From Obrimoposthia wandeli (Eukaryota), in the NCBI GenBank assembly GCA_977020255.1, contig CDROCS010002570.1:806001-870000 (forward strand): a stretch of DNA of 64,000 nt, read 5' to 3'. Positions 1 through 14,200 of the stretch are shown here, one piece after another. Numbering within the stretch: the first letter of the stretch is position 1; each line of letters starts with the position of its first letter. The position numbers and the translations under genes were made by a program. A model generated the notes under the pieces. That model made no database searches. It saw only the letters and a list, made by a program, of their open reading frames with translations, and was not told the DNA's origin.

Positions 1-1394
1 TTTGATTTCATTGTCGAGTTGGGAGAGAAAAAAAGTAGAAATAAAGAAAAAGCAAATTTCACTTGTAGTTGAGGCTAAAGTTTAGGTAACTAACAAAGGA
101 AGAGAAAGAAGAAAGGATTTCAAGTCAGAATGCTGCCCGGGTTCAGTGCACCAAAGTTATTGTTAGCGTGCAGAATTTTGACTATGGCATTCAGAAACCC
201 AAGCAATTGTTCGTATAACTTCTTGATGTGACAAGTCAACTGTTTTATACCAGATGTTTCAAAATTGTTGCAATTACTTCACATTCCCTTCTTTGTCTCC
301 GGAATAGAGTGGTTCGTAATCAAGTTTGTTTTAATAGTCATTCATTTTGACACGAAAAAATAGTTTCAATTGAAATAATTATGGTAATTGTATCATTTTT
401 GGAATAATAAAAATGCTTACGTCTATGTAATGTTCAGATAAATGTAGACTATCTGTCTTATTTTAATACTTACATTTAATTATTTTATTTATAATAAATA
501 TAAAAATATTACTTTAAATTATACAAAACAATAACAAAAATAGTTTTAATAGAGTGAAAATATTTAATTTATTACTCAAAAGTGCTTCCCGTTTTCCATA
601 GTCTTTTTCTTATATCCATGGGTAAGTTGTAAATACTCGAAGCATTAATTTCAAATATTCCATCATTTCGTTTGTTAATATAGAATCCCAAAGATGCATA
701 TACATACTCACTGTATCAGGTTCGATCTGGGCTTTTGTAGGACCTCGAAAAACTTTTATCATTTAATCGACATCAATCGTTTATTTTCAGATTTGCATCA
801 AGACAAAAAAATCATCGTCAATTAATGTTTGTGGTCACATCAAGATGTTTTTAATTTGAGAAATAAATTAGAGTTCTTCAAAAACTCTTCTTGCAGAAAT
901 ATCTTAGTTGTCGAAATTAAATGACCATTTAATTATTATGTTTTCAAACTTCCAAAATTAAACATGCGTTTAACTGTGGGAATGTCTGCCTGACTCCTTG
1001 ACAATTAATTTGCTCATACAAACCGAGTTAGTGCATCGATATTATAACAAAATAGCCAACAAAATAAGTTGATTTTATTTGAGTTAACTTTTTTGGTTAG
1101 GAAAATAAAAAATTGTATATACGTTAGCCAAAATCAAATAAATTTTGTTTAAAGTCTTTTGAATAGTACAAAATTTCAAACTAACTGGATTGGAAAGAAT
1201 TCTTTAATACAATTATGCATGTCGGTTATTATTATTATTATTAAAGTTATATCAATTTTTGCTTATAAATAAAAATAAAGTTATTAATTTATTAATCACA
1301 TTTTAAAATAATTGAAATAAGTATGTTATTCGAAATATTAACAACTTAACAAAAACACTTTAGAAACATTTCCTTTTCGTATTTAGTAAATATT

Positions 1395-1430
1395 AAGCAT
1401 AGATTCGTTGTCAATTTAATATTTTTAACC
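1395..1430. repeat. Short dispersed repeat, second copy at ~9471-9507
   Basis: taagcatagattcgttgtcaattt.atatt.ttaacc occurs in both places. Confidence 0.7.
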
Positions 1431-2479
1431 TAGAAAATTAATATGAATCATTTGCATTAAAAAGTTTAAAGATTTACATTTTTTTCTTCTTCTGAAAGTA
1501 GTTAATAGTTTCAAACTAACTAAAATAAATATTTAAGTGAAAATTTTTAATATTAAATAAAGCATAAATTTGGCAAAAATAATAAAAATGAAACTAGTTT
1601 GATTAACTTATAAATTGTTAGAAATAAATCACCTGGAAATTTAGAGGAATTCATTTTACTTTATTTATTTACCTATTAATGAAAGTAATATGAGTGATAT
1701 ATTCAAGAAGTATTACACATTTTCATTTGTATCTAAAATTAGTTACAGAAATAAGCAAAGTTAAAGAAAACCTTTATAATTTAATTCAACATTTATTTTT
1801 ATTGAGTTTGAAAGATTAACCGTTTTGCAACAAATGGTACAAATTGGCGTGTTAACTGTCGCTTACTTTTCAAAATTTTCTTTTCTAACTTTAGTAAAAA
1901 ATTATAAAAATAGTCATCTTTGCATTAATAGAAACTAAGACCTTCAATAGTGATTTGCTACACACCATATAACAAAACACATCACAAGGTTCTAGAGATG
2001 TTTTAACAGTTCAATTATTTATTTACTTCTTTATGTATTTTATTCATTTAATAAGGAATGTGCATTAATTTATTGGTTAAATGTAAAAGAGAAAGATTTT
2101 ATTACATATTAGTAACATCAAATTAAAATTTGATCAACTTTGAGAATCCCAAGAGAAAAGGAAGTTTGTGTAAAAGTACCAAAATTCCTCAGATTGAAGC
2201 AAAATCAAAATCGATGTAAAGAAAGTTGTGCGTATGGTGGGATATGAAAGAAATTAAGTACTACAAAGTATTGGAGAATAAATAAACGTAATCCATAAAT
2301 AATCAAGTAAATTAAATTGTTTTATCAGATTAATAATGTAAATAAAAAAAATGCAGCTTTCAAAATTGGTGTGTATTATTAGTTGATCCAAAATTTAGCC
2401 AATGACGAGTTTGTACTAACTAAAGAAACAATTTCCAGATGCATTCTTATAGAAAATAATAGGGTACAAATGACAAAAA

Positions 2480-3020
2480 TATTCTAAAATAAGCCTTGGA
2501 CTCCATAGCACCAAGTAGAGCCACAGTCTTCAGATAATATAAGGATTTCAAGAACGCAAATTGAAGGAAATTCCTAAAACAACATTCGAAAAGGCCAAGA
2601 AATATTCACCAAGTAGCCAAGTAAGATAAAATACCAAAACGTCCCATTAATGAAACAATAAAATAGCTCAGATATAAAAGTGCACTAGGAATGATTGACG
2701 TTTCAAAATATAAATAAGAACTCCACAGTGTGGCTAATATCTGATGAGTCCTGGTTTTTCTAATACCAAAAAAGATAAAAACTGGTCATAAGTAGGGTAA
2801 GTTTGAATGAAAATCGTTTGTACATTCCTCAGATTATTTATAATGTTTCAAAAAAAAATTGGATTTGATTTACTGATAATGGTAAGTTTTATATTGAAGA
2901 AAGATATACTCGTTTTGTCAGTGCATGACATCTCACAGCTTTAAATTCAAAAGCAAGCTCCATATTCTCCAGATACTAAATCTTGTGATTGAAGACTGTT
3001 CATGTTTATAAAAACGAGAT
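2480..3020 (+). mobile_element. Degenerate mariner-type transposase relic
   Basis: Fragments APSRATVFR*YKDFK, WLISDESWF and QAPYSPDTKSCD*RLF resemble mariner HTH, first-D and YSPDLAP motifs; many stops. Confidence 0.75.
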
Positions 3021-3949
3021 TATATTGAATTATATCATTTGGAAGTAAGGATAATTTGCTAAAGAAAGCGCATAAAATTGTAAAAAAACATACAATAAGA
3101 AATGATACTGAGTGAATAAAAAAGGTTCCAAGATTATTGGAACAATATCATAAAATAAAATGAAAGTTAAACTATGTACTAATTTGCAAAAACAAGTTGT
3201 TTAAGATTAAATGAACAAATTTATAAAGATATTTGAAATAAATTTACTGTTTGAAATGACATTGCAATATTACTTAATTTGTTGTTAGAAGTAGGAAGAT
3301 ATGAAATGTGATGAAGCAAATATCGTTGATGAGTAATATGGGAGATCAACAGGAGAATGGAGAAGGCGTGGGTATTACACGAGGCGTTGTGAAGAAGATT
3401 AGGGCGGAGAAAATCGGATCAAGAAGAGAAAGATAGGAGATTAGTGGAGCCAGATAATGAGGAGATGGACAAGAAAGTTGGAAGCAGGCAGTAGGGAAAT
3501 AATGATAATTAGAACATTAATTCATTATTGTAGAAGCAGTAGAAGACGGCAACAACGATACAAATACAAACATCAAGACGATTGTGCTAATATTTCTACG
3601 TGAATTTTTTGTTTCCCATTTCAACTTATGTGAAGATAAATAGTATTGAAAGCTTCTTGTGTAGTGATGTTCGTTTCTTATTAAATATATGGGCTAATTT
3701 CCGATCTGTATTATAAACTTTACTTTTTCATTTATCCAACGAGATTGAAAAATAATTTCTTTTTGAAAAGAATGCAATTTAATTTTGGAAATTCATTATT
3801 TTTAGATTTTATTGTTATAAATGAAATGAAATATAAACACGTTTAAGTAAGGACTTTCAAAATCCATTGCTCTCTAATTTGTCGAACAAGAATTTCAGTC
3901 GAATTTTACTTATTTTATATACAGTTTGTAACATTATTATTTGACCAGA

Positions 3950-4430
3950 ATTTAATGAACTATCTACCATCAGTATAAAATTATCGCTGATTATTTTCAA
4001 ATATTCCACAGCTTAAAAGCCATATATGGTTTGCCATTATCATCAAAAATTCCAACGTCATTTATCATCATTTTTCAGTTTAACATACTCCATAAATTGA
4101 TTTATTGATCAAGCAGCTCCATTTGGCGTGAACCAAATATTTGTACTATTTTTAAAGCAAATCTTAGTCGCACTTTTAGTCATTTTTGATTTGGTTTTGG
4201 TTTTAACAATTCGGCAACTTATGATACGTCAAAAATCTTCTTAATAGACAAATGAAAGATATGATCTTTTGATACTCTTCAGAGAATGACGCTGCTGTTT
4301 TACGTACAAATCCACGATATCTTTCTTGGAATTCTCAGTAGACTTGCTTAGTAATTATGCTTCTCTCACATCTTGAAAATTTTTCTGGCCTACCATGATA
4401 CCTTTTGACACCATTTAAAATGTTGTTCTT
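3950..4430 (-). mobile_element. Degenerate Tc1-type transposase relic
   Basis: GRPEKFSRCERSII (GRPR.LS motif) and LKVRLRFALK (K.RL.FA motif), interrupted by stops and frameshifts. Confidence 0.55.
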
Positions 4431-5208
4431 TGATAATTTTTAAAATATAACATATATCTTTCAGAACTTTCTTTTTCTTTAAAATATATTTTTTGGGTGT
4501 CTAAATTTTTATATAATTTTTAAAGATTTTCTCTGTTTTTATCTGTAAATTTTCTAAATAATCAAATAAGTAACCCTTATACAAAATACAGGCTGCATAT
4601 TTCGTAAACTAAAATAATAAATAATTGTAAACTTATAAATTTCTTTATATTATATTAAAGAAATTAAGTAAAAATAGTTGATTGAAATTGTTAAGTTGGT
4701 CAAATAAAAATGTTAGAGACTCTAAATGCAATCGAAAACTTCTAATTTTTTTATGAGACATCAAGTAATTTTAAGAGAAATTCAAATTATATGATCCTAA
4801 TAAATGAAATTTCAACAACTATTTGAAAGTTACAGTGCAAAGTTATATCAGAAAAATTCATTTTGAGCATGCATACAAACTGTATTTCTTGACAGCAATG
4901 TAAAGTATATTTTCTCAGACTGGGGATGTCCAACCGCCTGAGTTAACCGTACTACGTGGATAAAACACTAGTAAGCGTTCTGAAGGTGGTGGTATGTTCT
5001 CTTGTTTGAGAAAGTGCACTAGATACTCTGTGTGACTTACTAAGAATTGAAGTGGTAACAGTTATTTCGAATCATTATGCATATATATTTCAAAAGAATG
5101 TCGAAACCTTTCCGACTTGAGAAGCGTTATGAAGAATTTCGGTGACAAATAGCTAAAGTTACACCAGATTGCTAATAAAGTAATACGCCCGATTATCTAT
5201 CAAGGAAA

Positions 5209-5249
5209 TCAATGTGCTTTTGTACATGTGTGATAGCTAGATTCCGGTG
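5209..5249 (-). CDS. Candidate terminal exon (APESSYHTCTKAH-stop) after a 48-nt intron
   Basis: tttatatag|CA CCG GAA ... CAT TGA. The 48-nt intron is in frame, so spliced and unspliced reads both end at TGA 5211-5209. It may instead be part of a long intron. Confidence 0.35.
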
Positions 5250-8200
5250 CTATATAAAATATGTTATTTTGATAAGGTAGTAAGCAAAATGTATTACCTT
5301 CTTTCAGAAGAACATCTGTGGAGATCCATGCACAGTCTATTTCTCTGGTGAAGTCCTGAAGGGCTAGACTGATGTCTTCGTATGTACCCGGGTCTTGGTA
5401 ACGATGGTAAGTGTGCCGCGGGAGACTGTATGCTGTATGGGAAATAGTCAAGGCTCATTTATTTGGGAATTCTAAATTATTTTTCTAAACTGTATAGAAT
5501 AAAAATAATTTTTGCTCTTTTAAAAAGAACCATTTTCTTTAGAGTAACAAGCGTTTGGTAAATTGAGAAAAATTATTTTAAAATAAATTACTAAACAAAA
5601 TTTACTATTGTTATTTATAAGTAATATATTGAGTTTTTCGAAGCACTGAGAAACAACTTAACGGCTCTTACCAAGGTTAATGAAATATCTAATTAATATA
5701 TAATAAATTCATTTTCAGAATATTACTCTAAAATCACAGAAATCTTTTTGAATACAAACACGGGAATCATATATATTATGCTGTCAATTTTTAGTTACCA
5801 CCTAATATGTATTAGAGTTTGAAGAGGGTTTTTCACTAAAAATCTTTTTTTTCCGGTTTCTGGTAGTTTATTTGCTTGTTCCCAAGTGAGCAGTTAATCA
5901 GTCGAAAATTGAGGAGAGAATCTGGAAGCAGTGACTGTGTTGCTGGGGTCAGTATATAATGGAGTGCAAATTGGCGGAATGCAGTGGCCAATTAGGGACC
6001 TCTCCATTTATCAGGGTGAAGAGCCGATGTTTATGACGGGAAAATTGGACTGAGTCATTACAATCTGTTGCACATTTCGTGATGTATCTGGTTAACCCCG
6101 GGGTAGGCTCGACTGCTAACTAGCGTGGTAGGACTACTCATGGTCAACTGTTAGTCATCAATTAATTTCGACTGGGAAATATGAGAAACTTCCATTTGGG
6201 AAATAATTTATTGGAGTGTTGATAATTTTCATTTTCGTATGTCATTTATTCAGGCATAATAACTTAATTGGTCCAATTTTGCAAGTTTACGTACGAATAC
6301 TTCAATCCGACTTTGCCTAGCACATAAACAGGGAAAACTGTTTATTTATTAATTATATTTATTCTACTTCCATGTTAATAAAAAAACCTAAACATTGCCA
6401 ACTTACGCACTTGACATGCCTAACATTCCAAATCAATTCGATTTTATGGGAAAGTCGGGTTATGTTACATTATGTACAATCTGCTGCAAAACATTTATTG
6501 ACACTTGAAATTAAGCCGGATTTAATAAATTAGATCAAATACTTAAGTCTTGTATTATAATCAGAGATCGGAACCCGAGGGGAACTGTACCGTTGTTTTA
6601 TAAATTCTGATTAACCGAAACCGACATGGAAAACAATACAATGTTTCTATTAAATTCAAACTTCTTTTTATTTGTTTAAATAGATATCAAAATTTTGTTA
6701 TAGATATAAAAATCTCAATTAATTTTTGTTAATTATACAGTGTATTCCATAAAAAGAAGATTTTCAAATCTACTTTACAACACAAAAGAATGACATATTT
6801 TAATCTTTTTGAAAATATAAGTATACCATAGAAATTTCATTATTTTTTTCCACTTCACGATATAACCTCCTTTTTGTTAATTACAGCTCCAAGTGTTATT
6901 GGTACGAAATTTACCACTTTTCAAAGTAAGTATTTGTCAAAATTTTTAACTCATTCTTCTATTGTTGATTTTAATGAAAAATAGCATCTATTGATTTCTG
7001 GTAAACTTTATATTTCAGGTCCCCCCAAAAGAAAAAGATCTTTAGGTTGAGATCTGAGAACATGTTGACACATGAAAATTCGAAATGATAATTCAAAACA
7101 CAACTATTTGAAATTGTCTTCTTTAAATTTTTTATTACATTCTTTGTGATGTGAGAAGGAATCCCATCTTGCTGAAAAATTGTTTGTTTGAGTCTGATAC
7201 GTTTCTCGTCCAGATATGGTATGATACAGATCTTTAGCATTTCCAGGTATTTTAATCCATTTAAAGTTCCATGTCAATGTTAAGTTTGGAACTTTAAGTC
7301 ATATGTAAACCCACAACAAAAAAAACTTTCTTTTCATGTAAAATTGTACTACCTTCATTCGTACAAAAACATCAGACCAAACACTACCTCGGAGAAATTT
7401 AACTACACTTTCATCTTTCCAAAAAATTTAAGGCTAAAGCATCATCTAAGCAAACTAAGTATAAAAACAAACAAAAAGCCTTGTTATTGTCGCTTCAGTA
7501 TCAATTTTAAATTCCGCCATTTAAAACTTTTAATTATAAAATATTAAAACAATTAGTAAAAGTAAAGATATTTTAAAATATCCCGTTTTGTAGTCAATGA
7601 TAAATTATTTTCTCAATCATAAATATGTTATGTTAAAGTTTTGTTAAATTATATTTTTTGGAACTTATTTTAAAATTGATATAAAAACGTACTGTAAAAT
7701 AATTGGTGTATTGCATTTTTATTTTTGTAAAATTTTCCTACTGATTTGGAACCCAAATCGCAACTGAAATGAACTAGAACGAAACTTTGTAATAAAGGAG
7801 CAATATTGTATAGGTTTGATTATAAAAATTTCAAATGTTTGCTATAAAACAGTATTGAATTATAAGTTTAACATTAAAAATGAAGAGTTTTATCATTTAA
7901 AAAAATAACATCATTTAGGTGTTGCAAAACTTTAAAGTCAATTTGTTATTTTTAATAAATCATAAAGAAACACACCACAATATATTCTTTAGCATCTAAA
8001 AAATATAAATAAACCTTAAAATTATAGCAAACATACTATTAAAAATAATAAAACTGGTCATAAGGGTTTTCAATTTTAAAATAACGTAAAAATTTAATAA
8101 AACAGTAAAAAAAATCACATTTTTAAATTCTAACGCTAAAATATAGTACTAAAATGTGATTTAGAAAGTTAATTATATTTTTGTTGTTGCTATAAAGATT

Positions 8201-11200
8201 TCGAATGTGACATATAGTATATTTGTGTATATACCCTATCAATCTATGATCATGTTTTAAAAAGCTACTGTTATAGGGTTTTAACCTAATAGTATTTAAC
8301 ACTTTTTTGAACATTTTCCAAGATTTTATCCCTCAAATCACCAAAGCCGAACAGGATGGCCCGTCTCTTCATTTTAACTGTTACACTTGAAAATGCTATT
8401 TTTAAAAATTCGTCTCCTCGGTAAACTCTTTCACTGTAGAAAGCTTTTAAATTATTGAAATGCAAAATAACAATTTACGCCTTTGAAGAATTAAATCAAA
8501 ACTAATTTCATTCTTAATTCTGGTTTTAAAGTTCTCTGGTAGTAAATTTTGTGAATACCAAGTTCTCTTTTTTTTGAATTCTCTTAAAAATCTTGGATAT
8601 CAAATTAAATTGAAATTGAGACAATACATATCCAGAAGTTTACACAGATTGACTTTTTGAATGTTTTTCTTGTATAAGTTTGTTAAGGTTAATCCATCAT
8701 TTTAATGCATATTAATTTAATTGGTTAATAATATTAAATTAACGAGTATATCTCTAAATTTTACTAAAAATATTTTATAAGAAATAAGTAATATAAAAAC
8801 CGAAAATACATTAAATATAATTTCAGTTTGAACATAAAATAACTTAATCTAAAAGTTGAAATATTTGTTGAATAAAAATATGTTAATAAAATAATGATTA
8901 TAAATTTAGTTTTATTTATATAACATTATGAGTATAACTTAATTATTAATATAATTTATAACTTGTATACGTAATCGTAGAAAATATTTCTTTTTAATTC
9001 AGTTTCAATAGCAGTTTTGACTATTTAAGAGTATTTAAACAAAATTAATTTCATAAGCTTTTCTTGTATTTTACAGTTATAAATGATAAAATTGATATAA
9101 TATTTTAAAATGCACAAAGGAATAATCTCAACTGGGCATCTTCGAATATTAAAGAAATCAATTTATGACAATTGTAGAAATCGATATATTTTCAACTAAA
9201 AGATCAATTTACATTTGTTTAAATTCTCTTAAATAGTTTAAATTTCAATAATACTTTTAAGAAATTTCTAAAAGAAGTTAAAATATTAATATTTTGATAA
9301 ATTTTGAAGTTTATTTATTTATTTTATGTTCAAATCCAAACATATATTTAAAATAACATTTTTAGATAATTTAGATAAGCATATAATTTGAAATATGACA
9401 AACTTAAATTACGAATTTTATTTTTTATATTACTTATTTTCTCTCTTTAATATATATGTATTGAAAATAATAAGCATAGATTCGTTGTCAATTTTATATT
9501 ATTAACCAATAAACTTAAAATGATTAAGATTGTAGGATACCGCAGGGGATGATTTATTTGTCATATGTGCCCAAATGAAATTATTCAGTTGTAAAATGTA
9601 TGATAATAATTATGATTTTATTGTACAAGCAATTGGAATTTCATAAATTAAATAGGAAAAAATAAGCGTTCGCAAATTTATGACGTAAGATAATATGAAA
9701 TAATTTTAAATCTTTGTGTATATATGTATCTCTGGACTTATTTATTTGAATATCAAGCTAAATTAAAATTTTGAAACCCGAATATTCCGAAGTGTCGTGA
9801 AACGTCGATGGAAAATATTCACAATTGTTAATTGGATTATCTTCCTGGTGGTTGCTGCGCCAAAGTCTTCAATTAGTTCATTGAATCTTGTGCTTCTTTG
9901 CAACTTTTTTGCTTCTTGTTTTTCTTCTTCATTTTCTTCTGCCTTTTCTTTTGATGGTTGACTCTTTTATTCGAATTCCCACAGAGTTTTCACTATTAAT
10001 TAGCTTTTTCTCTCTACCTATCTTCATTATGAAATTGACTAAAATAAAAAAACAATAGTAATAGTGATTGTAATGACTTTGGGAATTGTGATTTAGAATG
10101 TTAAATTTTGTTTCGATTTTGTATAACTATACCGTTAATATTCGAGCTTGAATGGCGGGTTTTCATGAAAATGTCAAGGCCAAATAATTTTAAATGCATT
10201 TTATGTTGATGCCCTAAAAGGTAAGTTTAAAATTTATTGTACCACTTTTGTTTATATCTTTTGAAGGATTTATTTTCATGACATTTGAAATGTCGGTTCA
10301 TGTGCCATTTATGATGACAATGAATTTGTAGAGATTGATTTCAACGATTTAGAAACGACGAATTTGATGAAAAAGACAAAGAACGCTCTGGTGCACAAAA
10401 CAAGGATTTAGAAACAATTCTCAAACACAAAAAAGAGCTACCACATGATTGAAAAATAGAAGCCTTTTTGGCCGTGGAACCCTTTGGTATTATTTAAAAA
10501 ATATATTGTAACCCCTACCTTGTTACAAATACTTAAAAAAAAAACCAAAAAGTGAAAATTGAATTAACAATTTAAAGTTAAACTAATGAAGTATTTATTG
10601 AGTAGTTATATTGGGCATATGCCCTGGTAGGTAGAGGTGAGTAACGTTAATGCCAATTTTTGTAAATTTATTTAATTATTAAATTTCAGCTTAGTGAACC
10701 TTTGATTTTGTTTACGGAACCCACTTTGGGAACCCCTGTGTCAGATCAATCTAATAATAAAGTTTGATAAATTACACGATATTTTCTTATAAATTAAGAA
10801 ATCGCTGTTATCATATTGAAGAAAAGTGCTAGTTCAAGTGAGCACTTAATGAAGCTTCATTGGCTGCCGATCAATGCTATATTTGAATTATAAAAAATGT
10901 CTTTATATGATCTTCTCGAGCATGGTCTAATGAACGTGTATATGTACTATGTAAGCAACGATGATGACTGTTGGTTTAGAAATTCTCAATAACAGACAGT
11001 GATGGAATTTTATAATCCGGATCTTGACAACAATCAACTGATGAACAAAAGAAACATTAACAATGTTGAAAAATTAGAGAAGTAGCTGAAGACTTTACTA
11101 TTTAGAAAATATTACGGAGATTAATGGAAATCTGGAAGCGCTTGTGAGTAGATCATATATTTACTACATATTAGCGCTGCATTAATTACTGAATACATTT

Positions 11201-14200
11201 GTAACTGGTCGTGAATGCATCATTGTGATACTTTATTATCCATATCCTCGTAGTATTGACTGAAACGTTTATGTAATATTGCACAGTTTCACATAAACAT
11301 TTATATATTTTCTACAACTCATTTTTTCTCTGTTGTTGTATATTGACAGATGTATTAACAATCTGGTTACATTTAGTTTTTTCTCATCACATAAAATGTC
11401 AGTTTCACACAATCATTGATTTCACAACGAATACAAAATAAACCGCAATGAAATTTTGAGACTTTGTAAAGTTTTCTTTTTAGGGTCTAACTATTTTCAA
11501 TGGGAAATATATTATTTTTTCTGACAAAAACCGCATCAAAGAGAGTACTGAAAATAGCATAAAATTGCAAATGTGAAGAAATATATGAAAATCCTGAAAA
11601 CATATGTGGACAATATTTTTCAATAGTGCCTCTAAATCTAACTGTCGTCAACTATATAACCCATTTATTTTTTTCAATAAATGACCAACATTTTCAAACG
11701 TCTAGGGACCTGAAAAGTTTATCGACTACAGCACGTGTTATCTTCGTTTTCTTAACCACGACGAGAGAGGTCAAAAACCACGTTTTAGGGGATACCTTTT
11801 TTCAGCAAGAATTTCTCAACAGAAGTGTAAATTTACAGATTACAATTAATTTTATTTTAAAACAATTTTTTTTAGAATTTTTTTGAACTCTATTTTTGAA
11901 TATCTAAATTTATCTTCAAAAATGATGTTTATTAGTTCAGATTTGATCTAAGCTGGATTGTCACATTTAACTTATCTTCAAGCTAAGAATCTTCAAACTT
12001 ATCTTCATTAAAAATCAATAAACTCAATCCAACTAAATCCCCAAGTTCTTTCTGGCAATCATCAAGTACAAGGATCACTTTGAAGAATAAATATAGCTAT
12101 TTAACAGTTATATGGGGTTTGTGTGAAATACCGATAAAGAGAACCGAATCCAAAAACCATTTTGAGGATTTTTGTTAAGAAAAAAGTTCAAATCCCCTAC
12201 TCACAGATTGATAAAAAAGTTGAAAAATGTTAATGCGAGATCATTTTAAGATAACATAGCATGACAAAATAAAAGCAAAACATAAAACTAACGTAAATTT
12301 AATACTGTGCTGATATCTTAATGCAATAAAGATGAATTTTTGGATAAAACTACTGCAAACAGACCCAGAATGGCACTAAGTAGCACTTATTAAGTAGTTC
12401 AATTAGACACAAGTTATATTGAAAATATTAAAGATTTTTCTAAATATACAGGCCAAGATATGTATTGCAATGTCTTGTTTAAATCTTCAAAATGTTATTA
12501 TCTGAAGTCAAATATTAAAAAATAGAATAAAAGCCTCTAAAATCGATACCCAAATTAGTGAATTGACAAATACAACACTTATTTATCAAGTGCGATCTGA
12601 TGTGAACACTTGAAATGCTTGTATTGGTTTGTTAAGTTCTCTAAACGTTAGAATTTCGTAATCTGTATCCGTAATATGATTCTCTATAATATTCTCTTTA
12701 GTATCTACATGATTTAATATACATCTTATAAGTCGTGTTTAGAACACTTCTAGAACAGATTTCACAACTTTTGATGCAGCTGCCTTTCTCCATATTCAAA
12801 GAAAGCAGCCAACTGACGCTAAATCTGCATAATGAAGAGGTTTTGTGATTTCCTCTACAGTACTTCCTTTTTTAGATTCCATCATAGAATATATCTGTAA
12901 ATATTTCATGCTGGCTGCTTAAAAATCCTCAGAAGACGACCAGTTTCTGTATAGAATGTTATAGAATCCATATCAACTCTAACTTATTTAAATTACACCG
13001 GATCTGTAAAAAAAGTGTGCACTTCTAAAAAATATAAAATCTAGATTAATTTAATTTTAATTTTACTAATATAAAAGATCACACAGTACAACGTGAGCAT
13101 TAATGTTCACTCAATTAACAAAGTTTTTTAGGAATAATTTTGCATCCTGATAACGACAAAAAAATAATTTTTTACACCATAATATCCCAAAAGAAATTCT
13201 TCTTATTTTAGTATATTGTAACATAATATACAGATACAGATTATGAACTGACTATGTGTAGATAACCTTTATTTCTAAATCGATATAGAACTTTTTAATA
13301 ATAATTTGTAATAAGCTAACACATTTAGACTAGAAAAATGCTATTTCGTTGAATGGGAATAAATGGAAAGTTATTATGTAGTACGCAGAGGAATTATTAC
13401 TGTTAAAACCTCTAATAAGCAATATTTTAGGTGCGTGTAAAATTATGTTGCTCTTTTCAGTGAGAAAATTCTCAAAATTCAAAAAAAGAAAAAGACAGAA
13501 TTTGAAATGTCTGTCTGATTCAAGATATCAAATTACATATTTCTGTACTTCTATTTTCAGAACCATTTCCTGTTTAATTTAATTATCAAATTAATGTTAA
13601 TATTAAATCATTGAATTAGTTTCTAGCTTACTTTTAAATGTAAATAGAAAAATTATCTTAAATAATCAACAAATTCTTTGAAACTTACCACTAGAATAAA
13701 TAATTTGGTTTGTATGGTGATTTTCAGATACCTTTTTCTTTGTCTTTGTCACTTTCTTTTCGTGCTTGTGCCTGGAAGAGAGAAATCCTTTGTAAAAACC
13801 AGTTGAATCGAACATAAATGTGGAAGTAGAACATCGTATTACAGAATTGTGCCACCTGTACTTTCTAATATTAGGAAAAACATTAATTTATTTTGTTTAT
13901 CAAGTCTTAAGCAACAATTTAATAATTAATCCAAGTGACATTTTAAATAAAATAAACAAGTAAATTGTAGAAAAATGTAAATATTGAACAACAGAAGACG
14001 GGAACTTCAACGTAATTGACTGGCACTAAATGGGAAAGATGTGACAAGACAGACGGGTCTGACAAGGTACATGCCAGAGCTGCACTGGTTTCTAATAATT
14101 GTTCGAATATATTATTTATTTAAAAATGTTCGGTTTGGGAATCGCCCTTATATGGGAATAAAATCCTCAATTTTGAAACTCCAAGTTCAATCAATTTAAG

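Noticed and set aside
100-310. Minus-strand peptides vaguely like kinase subdomains (QLLGFLNAIVKILH..NPGSIL; LSHQEVIRTI)
   Set aside because: All three frames give weak kinase-like fragments, there are no consistent flanking splice sites and no HRD or DFG, so chance is likely. An HMM search would settle it.
2741-2800. CTGATGAG resembling a hammerhead ribozyme core
   Set aside because: No GAAAC partner or stems; it is the SDES codons of a mariner relic.
3300-3600. Purine-rich stretch as a possible LINE or coding fragment
   Set aside because: Only a faint SPHYLAPL resemblance to LINE C-termini; not enough to call.
9780-9960. Minus-strand EDFG motif as a kinase DFG exon
   Set aside because: The context is charged low-complexity sequence, lacks HRD and APE, and lies upstream of the juxtamembrane exon, so the order is wrong.
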